Below, piece after piece: positions 44,363-55,824 of a stretch of DNA of 64,000 nucleotides. Made by a program: the position numbers and the translations under genes. The stretch comes from Camelus dromedarius (taxonomy: Eukaryota), in contig NC_087437.1 of NCBI RefSeq assembly GCF_036321535.1, forward strand, positions 22,074,001 to 22,138,000, given 5' to 3'. Position 1 is the stretch's first letter, and each line of letters begins with the position of its first letter. Below the pieces are notes generated by a model. The model worked only from the letters and a program-made list of their open reading frames with translations. It was not told where the DNA came from and made no database searches.

Positions 44363-47300
44363 TAAGTCAGAGTTTTTAGTTGAATGCAACAGAAACTGAC
44401 TAGTGCTGATTGAGGGGACAAAGAGTTACTGGGCAGCTCCTGGAATCAGTAGGAAGGCTGTGAGCCAGGGTCAGAGGATGGGTGGGAACAGAGGTGCTAA
44501 AGGCATAGACCACCGTCAGACTAGATTCTCGACTGCTCAGCATCTGCAAAGCTGGTTAGTTGAGCTGAAGTCACAGTCCTGGGCCATCCACGCAGAATCT
44601 GGGAACATGAGTGTCAGCCCTCTTTGGCTTCTTGAGCGGGATGGACCCATGTTGGTGAAGTTTCCAAATATGGGAAAGGGATTTGGTTGCTGGTGAAGTG
44701 TCTGTTCATATCTTTTGCCCATTTCTTTCCTGAGTCGATGACTCATTAAAAAGAAATTCTTTTTGAAAAGTCCTTTGTCAACATCTATCTTTGGGAAATT
44801 TCTGGGAAACAAGAAAAAGCTTAAGAAGCTGAGAGCTTATCCCCAACCATACATTTATAATTAAATATATTTATTTCTCAAACTAAATTATTTATGGTCA
44901 GCAGTGTATTATGTAGGCTTATTTGGGAACATTTGGTGCATAGAGTTAATAGGGAGCCCTGGGATGCCTTCATCTCTCATTTTTCTAGCTATCAGACACA
45001 ATCCCAAAGGTGAACAAAAGTAATTAAACAATTGAAGGAAAAAAAGCATCTCATTTGCTGTGTTTTTGATTTTCAGGAAAGATAATGTGCTCAAGTCATA
45101 ACCTCAGAAAATGAAGGAACACTTTATTTGGAGTTCATTATTTGAATCTCTTAGTTTTTCTGTAATTGTAATCAAACACTTAACCTAGAGTGCATTGATT
45201 TGCTAAAATTTCATACCACTTGCTTTAAGCTGCACAATCCATTCTTCCTACCACATCTGTTAACATGGATCGAACGTTCAGAACAACCTATCATTAAGGA
45301 GACGTAGAAACACCCAATCTCCAGGTACTTCCCAATTAGGTGAAGAGGGTCGGTGCCCCACGAGAGCCCTGCGTTTAGCTACTGCATTTCACGAAGGAGT
45401 GGGACTGTTCACCCTCCCAGCCTACGGAGAAGTCAGGCAAGGACCTCCCCACTCGATTCCTGCCTTGATGACCTGGTCGGGTTACTTCGCAGGCTTTCCC
45501 AAGGCGTACATCTTGGGCTCTCGCTGCTGCCTGGGCCCACCACCGTTCCGGTCCTCCACTTTCTCCGTCACCGTTTCCCTCTTCAGACTCTGTGCTCACC
45601 TGACAGCCAAGGGGCAATGGCCTCTGTCAGCGTGTTTTGTGAGAAGCGGGAAGGAGCCGCCCATCCTTAGGCTTAGAAGACCGGTGCCCGTCAAATGCAA
45701 ACAAGGGAAAACTTGAAAAGCTCCCAGATCAAGAAAACAAAATCCAAAGACCCCTAGGGGACATCTAGGCATCTGGGTGGAGTGGCATTTTGCTAGGCTT
45801 AGATCAATGCTATTGTCCAATTGTAAGTTATTAGTTCTGTGATGGGTTATCTGGTAGAAAACTTGTAGGCTTGCATCCAGGGGCCCTGGGACCAGTGCTG
45901 TGTGAAGAATTGATTTCTGTGATTTCAACTCTGTATATTAAGACTGTGAGTTTGTGGGAACTGGTGTGTTCAAAGCGTAGGGGTCCCAAGGACTCCCAAG
46001 AACCCACTTATTCTCCCCTCTTGTCCCCAGCCCCTAGTAAGCCCCTCTCCTCCTGCCTCTCCCCACAGAAGGAGGGAGAGGGAAACCTCCCCATCTCGCT
46101 AACAGCTTTCTCCATCATCTCTCAGCTTCCCCCCGTGAGCACCCTCAAGGTGGTATTGGGCTAAGGACTGCAGTTTTTGAGCCCCTCTTTTGCAACTCTT
46201 TTGTGGGGGGTCTGGTACCAAACTGTGAAATGTGGGAGTCCTGGACACCTGCTGATTTGTTCTTGACCATGTGGAGTTTGGGCCAAAACTGAGACTGAAG
46301 GAGGCCCGGCTTAACATCCTGTTGTGTGTGTGTGTGTGTATTGTGCGTCTTCATCATTCTCTCCCCCCAACTTGGTATGTATCATATTTAAGGTTCCTTT
46401 CAAGGATACAATATAGCATAAAAGAAAGTAAGTGGAGTTTGGGAAGGGCTGATGGAAAGCAGAAAAACAAGTACGGATGTATAAAAATGGAACGAGGCTA
46501 AAAACCAGCACAGCTCCTATCAGTGGACCCAGATTTGGCTCTGAGCTTCCTAGTTAAACGAGGACAAGCAGCTGCTCTTAGAATATGAGCCAGAAGGAAT
46601 TTCTTCTGGGTCCAGGTTATCAGTAGATTGTGATGATTCAAGTCTTTTAATTTATTTAAATTGGATTTATTTTTTAAAGTTGGACAATTATAGTGTTACT
46701 AATGTCCTCTGTGACTCAACCCTCCTCCTAAAAGTCTCCGACATCAAACAAACATAAAAATCCCTCCAAAGAACCAGAGCTGCCCCAAAGACAAAAACCG
46801 ATTTCCGCCTTCAGTGTAAAGTTGGTGAAACACTCTACCCCTGAGTATTTCTGCAGAGGCAGTTTTCAGTTAAGAAGGAAACAAGAGTAGATATTGGGTT
46901 TTTTTTTTTTTTTGGGTGGTGCTGCATCTCTTTTATAACTGGCCCTGAACCCGTAGCTAAGAGGCGGGCGAGGGAGCCGAGCAGGATGATGGGAACTCCC
47001 TCCCCGGAATTTGAATCGCGTTTTGATTTGACGTAGAGACAGAAAATATTGGGTGTCATTCACTCCAGTGGCTGTGCCTCCTGGGGCTGGAGCACCGTCT
47101 CCTGGGCACCTCTCTCTCTCCACCAGACCAGACCAGACTGGGACTTCTGTCTTCCTCTCTCTGGTGAGACCCGCCCACTGTGCCCCCAACCACCCCCACA
47201 GGGCCCTAATAACATCTTCATTTATGGGGCTCAGACTCAGTTCCCCTTTCTGGCAACCCCCATATTCTGACACGTTCCCAGTGGGGCTTCACAGTGAGAT

Positions 47301-48436
47301 CCAGCCAGCGGGGTGGTTTGAGGTGGCGCACAAAGGACATTTACATTCTTCAGCTGTGTAATTATTTTAAAGCATATTGGGAAAAACTGTAGACAGCACA
47401 TCAAACCCACCATGTCATGGATATTATTGCTTAGGACGAGGAGACATTTAAGTCAGAAAGTGAGCCATTTTTTTTAAGAAAAGTGCACAGCGATAGTACA
47501 GGTGACTGTGGCCGCGGAAAAGGAGATCGCATGGGCGGGGTGCAAAGAGCTGGTGGAGGTCTGTCCCGTTTTTGCAGGAAAGGGAGCAGCAGATTGGGAT
47601 TTTGGGGAGTTCCCGCTGTGCCACTGTGGGGGTGGGTTAGAGAGAGAAGAGACCAGGGCAGGCCAGAACTGGAGAGGAGCCGCTGGCTGTGTCCCCAGGG
47701 AGAGGGGCCCCAGGGGTAGCAGCAGGGCCAGGCCCTCGCTGGAGAGGAGGGGCTGAACCCTTCTGAGACCCCGACCGGATCCTTCGTCTTCTGGCCTGCA
47801 GGTACAGAGAGACGAACAGAGGCAGGTGGGAGAAGGGGCACCTCTGGAATCCTCCCTGGGCTTTCCTTGTTTCCCTCTTCCTCCTCCTGCCGCCTCCCTC
47901 CTTGTCTCCTCTAGTGTCTCCTGACCACCTCACTCCCAGCTCAGGCTGCTTGGCTTTGCCAGCTGATCAGCTAGGGCAGCGGCTGTGGCAAGTGGGGGGC
48001 TTCCGAGGCTGCCTTGCCCCCAACGCTGGGATGGATGTGGAGAATGACCCCAGGTCCGCAGTCTCTCAGTTCAGGCTCAGGTCATGAGCGGGGGATCCCC
48101 TTGCTGATTTCTGTTGTTTCTCCCATTTGCCAGCCTCTGAGCTCAGGCTCCATGCATGAGGTGGGAGGTTCCTCCAGCATCTGCAGGCTGGTCCTCTCCA
48201 CCCCCCACTGCCCACCCCCACACATTAAGATTGAGGATCCCGGGTACTTGGCCAAGTCAGGGAAGGGTGGGCAGTGTGACAGCTGCAGCCTGAAGCTGGA
48301 CCTTTGCTCCACCTGCGGCTCTGGGCCCCTGTCCTTCCAGGGTAGGGTGGATGCAGGCCCCGCAATACTAGTGGCTCCCTGAGCACAGGCATTATTCTCT
48401 CTCTAGCAAGAGGCTGGGTCACAGTGGCTCTGTCTT

Positions 48437-48470
<34 letters not shown>

Positions 48471-48544
48471 CTTTAAGGACCTGGTGAGTTGCTTTACTTT
48501 TAATTCTTTAACTGTTGAATTAGTGGGCTGTGCCGTCTGAGCTC

Positions 48545-48875
48545 TGTCTCAGTTATGGCTGCTAACAAACCACGCGCACCTCGGTGGCCCCCAAGTCGTG
48601 CAGTGCTGTGGGCGGACGGGGCTGGGGCTTGCTGGCCTTGCCCCGTGCACTGGTGACATCACTCAGCTGGTGCGTCGGCCGGGGGCTGGGCTCAGCTGGG
48701 ACATCTGGGACGCTGGCTTCCCTCTTTACGTGACCTTTCATCCTGGGCTTCCTACTCTTTGGAGAGGATGAGTCTGGATCCTGTATGATCTCTTAATGCC
48801 TAGGCTCTGAAGTCGCACACATTTACTTCCACTACATTCGTTTGGTTAAAGCAACAGATAAGGTCAGTCCAGACA
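48545..48875 (-). mobile_element. MaLR LTR (MLT1-type) remnant
   Basis: tgtctcagttatggctgctaacaaaccac...ggctctgaagtcgcacac...ttggttaaagca. Confidence 0.5.
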
Positions 48876-49829
48876 CAGAGATCTCTAACATCCAGCTAAA
48901 CAAAGTTCTTTAGAGGAAAGTGAATTTTGAAATCTGGTGAAGGCCATCAAACTGTTCTGTTCAGTGTGTTCCTATTAACTGCTTTTGAAACACTTTGGTG
49001 AAGACTAGAGGTTATCAATGTGATGATTCATCTTTTATTTTAAAGATTCCATAAAAACATATGCCTATGGTAAAATAATACATTTCAAACATACAGAAGA
49101 GTGAAAAAGGAAATTAAATACCTCCTACCTCAACTACCAGGGTCTTTCCCCAGAGGTAACCACTGTGAATAGTTTCTGCCGTAAGTTCTTGGGGCACTGA
49201 CTACCATAACTTTATGTAATATGCTTATACCTCTGCTTCTTGACTTACTATCTTTTAACTCCCCTCTATGAAGAAAGAAGCCTTTAGCTCACTCATACAT
49301 CTGTCCCCTTCCCGCTCTCCACCCCAGCTGCCTGTTGTTTGTAATTCTGCCCGAATCTTTTAGTGGTGCCTCCAACAGCTGAGAGAGTCCTGCAGCCAAT
49401 CCTCCCATCTTGTCTTCTAACTCTCTGTCCACTTCTCTCTCCACCTCCCAGTTTATGTTTGTTATATCAGTGTCATGCTTTGCCACAACTCCACTCTGTT
49501 CATGGAACTATAAGTAAAGTTTCCATTTTCCCTTTAGCTTAATTCTAAAGCATGAAGGTCTATTAACCAGCATTTACAATCATGTCATTAGGTGCTGGTC
49601 ATTGTAGAGTCAACTCTGATTTGAGTCACGTAGTAGAAAATACAATCCTTCTTTTAAAAATCTTTGCTCATCGAAGAGTTTTCCAAGCATCTCATCTGAA
49701 TGGATTTCAATCCCTTAAGCTCTCCTAGTTTCCTTCACTTCTCTGAACTCATATTCAGTGGCCGATCTTACTACGCAATGTAGATTTATTTTGTTTCGTT
49801 TAATTTTGCTTGTTCTTTCATATGAAGTA

Positions 49830-50430
49830 TGTGCGTGGTAAATCTTTTGGTACTTATTAGACTAGAAATATTTTAATTTTACTCTATATTTGACTCAGTT
49901 TGCCAGGGCATAAAATTCTCTGTAGAAAATAATTTTTCCTTAGACTATGAAATATATTTCATGATTGTCTTTTAGAATCCAGTGTTGCTTAAAAGAAGCC
50001 TGATTTTTGTTCCTTTTTGGTAATATGAATTTTTTTTTCTAGAAACTTTTAGGATTTTTTCTTTGTCCTTGGCGTCTGGAAACAGCAGCATGTCTCCAGA
50101 TGAGGGTCTTTCTCTTTAATCTTGTTGGAGACTTCGTGAGGCCTTTCGATCTGAAAAACCCTGCTTTCTTCAGTTCAGGGCATCTTCTTTTATTATCATT
50201 TTGATTATTTCTTCTCTTCCGGAATGACTGTACTGGAATTACTATTAGATACACATCAAACTGCCTGAATATTCTCGTTCTCTGCTTTTCTGTCATGTTT
50301 TCTATTTCTTTGCCTTTTTATTCTGTATACTCTGGGAGATTTTGACTTGCCTTTAAAATCAATGACTTGTTCTTCAGTCTTTCCCACCATCCTTCTACTT
50401 TTTTTTTATATTGATGATCATGTATTTAAT
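49830..50430 (-). mobile_element. HAL1 / L1 ORF1-region remnant
   Basis: Minus-strand ORF 50039-50296 resembles a degraded L1 ORF1p C-terminal half; ctagaaacttttaggattttttctttgtccttgg motif. Confidence 0.6.
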
Positions 50431-52167
50431 TGATCTCTCTTCTTTTTTTTCTGATTGACCATGTCCCACAGCTCCCACTCGCCCATATGAGTTAGCTTTG
50501 CAGACGTGTGGATCTGAATTTTCCTGAAACAGGAGCCTCGTGCTTTCATATATGTGGGTGGGGCACATGGACAACCTGATAGGTGAGTTGACAAGTCAAG
50601 CCGGGCAGGTGGCCGTGGGAGAGCCGTGCCGGCCAGCAGTAGGTGGTCGTTCTGGGGTGGAGTGCTTTGCTGTGGTCGGCTCTCCCTGGCTCCATTTCAG
50701 TGGTCACTGCCCAGAGCCCTGACCACCCTCAGTGCAATCTGATGACTCGCCCCAGGACAGCCCTTTGTCTCTGGCAGAACCTGGAGCTTCCCCAGAGTTC
50801 CCTTTGGCTGACCCTTACCCTCCACTTACGTCTACTCTCTGGCTCTGCCTTTTTCTCTGCTCTTTGTCCCACAGTCAAACCATTTCCCGGGGATTCCTCA
50901 AACTTCGGTCTGCTGATACCACCTTTCCTGGTGTCTGGGGAAGAGGGTGAGATAGACCAGTGTCCTTGGTCCACTGTCAGGAGCCAAAGGGTTGGAAAGT
51001 TTTTATCTTGTTCAAAATTCTGCTATAAAATCCTCCCCCGCTGGCTTGGAACACTTTCCACAAAGCACTCTCCAGTTTATCTGTAGGCTAAATTTCTAAG
51101 GTAGCAAACATGCCTGGCGTCTAGATGCCCAATTAGCAGGAAGAAGATGCAGCCTCCGCACATTCTTTGGTTAATTAGATCTGCTATGAAATCATTCATT
51201 TGATGTCCACCCTAATGAAGCTAATAAAAGCCTCCTCTGAAGCAGTCTATTCTTTGTACCTTAAGTACCATACCTCGCTCAGCAACGCTGGCAGCAGAGC
51301 TAACAGACTCATTATCTTCCGAATTCTGATGTCTATTTCCATGCTCTGTTGATTTCATTAGATACAAAATAAAATCACTGCCTATTAAAATTGCATTAAA
51401 GTACTAACTTAAACTGACAAAAGCTTAGAAATTTAGAGCTCGAACTGTTGTTCAGCCTCTTGTCTATGAGAAATTCCTGCATTTTGAAGACGGAGTGGAC
51501 TGGGCCTGGCCCGTCCTTTATGGCCTAAACGTTCGGCATTTCCCCAGGCTGGGTGACCGAGCCAGCAGTGCAGGCTGCCAATAAACTCACTTGGTTTCTC
51601 CTTTGTTAGTGACTCTATAATATTTTAATGGTTCAGTGCTTATCTTCTGATTTCCAGAATCAAATGAGGCAAATGTGAGGATGGGAAGGGAGCTGGGTTT
51701 TCCGTGGTCCACGGCAGTGTCTTCAGAGATCACCAATGGAGACGTTTCCACGGTTGAAGCTTTGGGGCTGTTTCTGAAGAGGCCAGTATGATGGTTACAC
51801 CTCCATATCACACGTCTTCAATGTTACTTTCCTCAGAGATTTAAAAAACAAAAATTAACCCAAACCAGCCTTGTTGCTTATAAAAAATGGGAACAGAAGA
51901 TGAAATGGCCAGGACTTTTCAAAACCAATGTGGTCCCCGGCTGTATCCAGGGAAGAGAGGCAGAGAGGGAATCTCAGGGAGATTTGGAAGCGTGCAGCTA
52001 GCAGTTGCTCAGGGGGAAAGGTGTTGGTTGAGAAAAGAACTCTGTTCCTGGCCCAGATCTGGGTGAGCTGGTGACCTTTGGCCAGTTACCTTGTGGACTT
52101 TAGCTTCCTCAACTGTAAAATGGGGCTATTGCACCATGTTATACTATTACTCTCACCAGACAACTCA

Positions 52168-52292
52168 GTGTGTGTGTGTGTGTGTGCGCATGTGTGCATG
52201 TGGGTACATCCTTGTGCATGTGTGTGTGTCCTTGTGCATGTGGGTGTGTCCTTGTGCATGTGTGTGTGTGTCCTTGTGCATGTGCGTGTGTC
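52168..52292. repeat. (TG)n-derived minisatellite, 20-22-bp unit TGTGTGTGTCCTTGTGCATG x ~4.5
   Basis: Directly visible tandem units following a (TG)n run. Confidence 0.9.
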
Positions 52293-52744
52293 ATTTTTAA
52301 AAGCTCCCCTCCCCCAAATTGAGTACCACACTTCTGTCCCATCCCTCCAGCTGTTGCTACCAGGGCATGTTCCCTTTGGGCCCCACATGAGGAGTTTTAT
52401 TCTGATCACCTTGAAGATACTTTGTAGTTCTGACAGCCTCTAAATCTGTGTTCAGGAGGCTGGGTGGCTGGTGGTCAGGCATCAGAGGAGGGAACACTCC
52501 GCCTCCTCTCCTCCCTTCTTCCCACATTCCCCCCCCCCCCCGATTTCCACTTAGACTCTACCAGCTGATTCCTGAAGTTGGGACCTCAGGGCAGGAATCC
52601 AGGAGATGACAGGACACTGTCCCCAATGTAAACACTGAGAACCTGGCAGGTGCAAAGCTGCTTTCTGGGGGCCGTGACATTCTAAAGAAAATTGTCATGC
52701 AGTTGAGGAATGTAACACAAAAATATTAAAGAAAAACTGACAAC

Positions 52745-52930
52745 AAAGGCTCTGTTTATTGACCATGTGTTGTGTACGAGGCACTGGGATAAAAATCCTT
52801 ACACACATTATCTTGAGTCCTTACAACAACCTAGTAAACATTATTATCCCATATTACAGATCAGAACACTGAGACTTAAAGAGGTCAGGCAATTTCCCCA
52901 AGTCTCAGAGCTTCCAAAATGGCTAATCCA
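52745..52930 (-). mobile_element. MIR SINE
   Basis: ttattatcccatattacagatcagaacactgagacttaaagaggtcaggcaatttcccca. Confidence 0.75.
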
Positions 52931-52979
52931 GGACTGCAGAGCTCCTTGCCCCCTGACCAGACAAACCGGAATCACAGAG

Positions 52980-53217
52980 CAGAACGTTTTTCAGATTGTG
53001 GGGGTTGTAAACAATGTATGGGTCATGAAAATAATTAGGGGTTAAGGACAGTATTAAAAAAATAGAATAGACTAGAAAAGATCAGAGTGCATCTCATGTT
53101 TTGTGAATTGTGCACACGTGCAAACGAGTGGGGAGGTGTGTGTTTGTACAGGGTTGTAATGTAAAGTTGGTTTCCTACTGTGTTTTGTGATTTAAAAAAA
53201 TGTTTATAAAACTCTGG
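52980..53217. mobile_element. MER103C-like hAT-Charlie element
   Basis: gggtcatgaaaataattagggg...atagaatagactagaaaagatcagagtgcatc...ttcctactgtg...aaaactctg. Confidence 0.65.
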
Positions 53218-54279
53218 CTTGGAGAAGTTAATGAATCAGATGGAGTCAAAAGGGCTAGGTGTTGGGGAGTCCAGGTTTTCCCTTTCAGAAATTGACCATT
53301 GACTAGTTTTGTGATTTCAAATTCTCTCATTACATTTCTCTGTTCCCTTCATTATGGTTTTTTTTTTTCTAGCTCTGAAATTCTGTGCTCTTTTGAGAAG
53401 CACAGACAATTGATTTGTGTCTTAGCAGTTTAGAGCATGACGAGGTGATGGGCACTGAGGAGCCCTCCAGGGGTGGGGTTGCCTGAGCAGAGAGGAGAGG
53501 CTGGGGGCCTGGGCTGGGAAGGGCCACCAGCATGAGCCTGGGGGTGAAAGTGGGGCTCTGAGAGTGCAGGACTGGAGGGTAACACGGTTGGGGTAAGAAT
53601 GCAGCGCCTCCCATGCTGGGCTAAGAGGGTTGGGCAAAATCTTGCTGGCAGTGGGAAGCAAATGAAATCTTTGTATCAGAAGAACCGATTGATAACAGTG
53701 CATGTGATGCTGGGGTGGCCAGTTTCTCAGAGGCTCGGCAGGTACCATGAACAGATGAAAGGGACCAGGTGGGGGCTCTGGGGAGCTGCTCATCACATGG
53801 CCCTTCTGAGGGGACAGCCAGCACTCGGCTCTGGAACATTATCTTACGAGCATACAGTTCCAGTGTCACCAGATCTTCAGATTTTTCAACAGAAATCTGA
53901 ATTTTTATCTGAAATCTCCTGATTTGAGGTGTAGACAACTGTATTAGTTATGGTAAAAGGCAGTGCTGCTCTCCCAAAGACACTGCAAAATATAGTGGCT
54001 TTAAGCGGATGGACATCTATTTCTCCGAGGTGGTGGCCCAGGCTGGTGGGCTGGGAGACTAGGGGCCAGCTGGGCTCCATGTGGTCAATCAGGGACGGTG
54101 CTCCCTCCACCTTGCTCTGCCATGCCTGAGAGGACTGTCTTATCTGCATCGAAACAGGTCACAAGCCTGCCTTCAGTCCAGCAGCTGGGGTCTTTCTGCC
54201 TCCCGTCTCTCTCTCATTTTTCCCTCCCTCCCTTCTTGCCTTCCTTCTTTCCCCTTTTATTTCCTTTCATCTTATAAGA

Positions 54280-55615
54280 AAAGTACATAAAAATATACGT
54301 TATAATGAATACTGATAAAGACAAACACTCAACTACCACCATCTAAGTTAAAAAATATAATAATGAGAGTACTGGGGTCCCCTGTAAACACCCCCAAACG
54401 CCTTCTCAGTCACCATTTGCCTTCTCCTCCGCACAGGTAACCACTAACTGGCTTTTGTGGAAAGCATTTCCTTGATTCTAAAAAAACGTAATATTGTCAT
54501 CCTATACATCAAAAGAACAGTGGAATTTCGCCTGTTCTTGAACTTCATAGGAATGAGGTCGTATTTCATGTCTTGCTTCTTTTTGACTCAATGGTGTCTG
54601 TAAGATTCATGTTTTTGTTTAGACTCTACTTCATTTCTTTTCATTTCATATTCCATTCTTTGACTGTACAATTTATTGATCTATTTGGATATTTTTAGAT
54701 GTTATAAACAACGTTGTTTTGAGGATTCTGGTCTGTCTCTTCTCCAGAGATTCTCTAGCAAACATCCCCTATGAGTGGCACTGCTAAGTCATAGGGTATG
54801 AACTTTTTCAAGTTTATTGGATAATATCAAAACATTTTTTCCAAATTAGCAGTAATTTACGATTCTCACCAGCAGCAAATGAAAGTTCACACCCTCACCA
54901 GCAGTTGGTGCTGCCAGATATTATGTTTTCAGCAATTTGGTGGTGTGTAGTAATATCTTTTCGTGGTCTTTAATTGCATCTCCCTGATTACTAATAAGAT
55001 TCAGCACCATCTTGTGTATATGGACAATTTCAACCTATTTCTTCGCGAAGAGCCTATTCAAGTCTTTTGCAGTTTTTTTTATTAGGATACCTGCCTTTTT
55101 CTTACTAAGCTATGGGAGTTCTTCGTACAATGTGGACTGAAGTCCTTTGACATTTACATGTGTTGCAATATCTTCTCCTGTTCCATGGTTTGTATTTCCA
55201 TTTTCTTTATGCTATTTTTTTTGATGAACAGAAGCTCTTATTTTTTAATGTAAAGGCATATTTTTTCCCTTCATGGTTAGTGCGTTTGTATATTTACAAT
55301 TTTTTTTCTCTATTGCGATCACTAAGTTTTCTATATTACACTAAAGGCATTAATGTTCTACCTTTCACATTGAGGCTTGTAACTTAGCTGGCACTGAGTT
55401 TTAGGTATAGGTGTTCAGTGTCATTTTTCCATACGGACATTCAATTGTCCAAGCAACATTTATTGAGAGACTGTCTCTGTCCTACCCTTTGGCAGTGGCA
55501 ACTTTGTCACAGTTCAGGTCCAGATATGCATGAGTCTGGGATGGATCTGCCTGGTCTCTTCTAGTCCATGGTCCATTTTTCTGTCCCTGCACTTCTGTCA
55601 CCCTATCTGAATAAC
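54280..55615 (-). mobile_element. Old L1 (L1ME/L1MC-like) fragment
   Basis: caggtaaccactaactggcttttgtg; ttaattgcatctccctgattactaataag; caattgtccaagcaacatttattgag. Confidence 0.7.
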
Positions 55616-55689
55616 AAGAGCTTTATACCAAGTCTTTTTTCTTTTTTAAAGGGGGAACACTTACAGGGTTTTTTAAAAGTATTTTTTAT

Positions 55690-55824
55690 TGCTATTTTTG
55701 TTTATTTTGGGGGGCGGTGGGGAGGTAATTAGGTTTATTTATTTATTTTAATGGAGGTGCTGGGGATCGAACCCAGGACCTTGTGCATGCTAAGCACGCA
55801 CTCTACCACTGAGCTCTACCCTCC
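55690..55824 (-). mobile_element. tRNA-derived SINE, Vic-1-like
   Basis: gggaggtaattaggtttatttatt...ggggatcgaacccaggaccttgtgcatgctaagcacgcactctaccactgagct. Confidence 0.88.

Noticed and set aside
52168..52292. CRISPR-like array
   Set aside because: Contiguous tandem units without unique spacers, in mammalian DNA with no cas genes.
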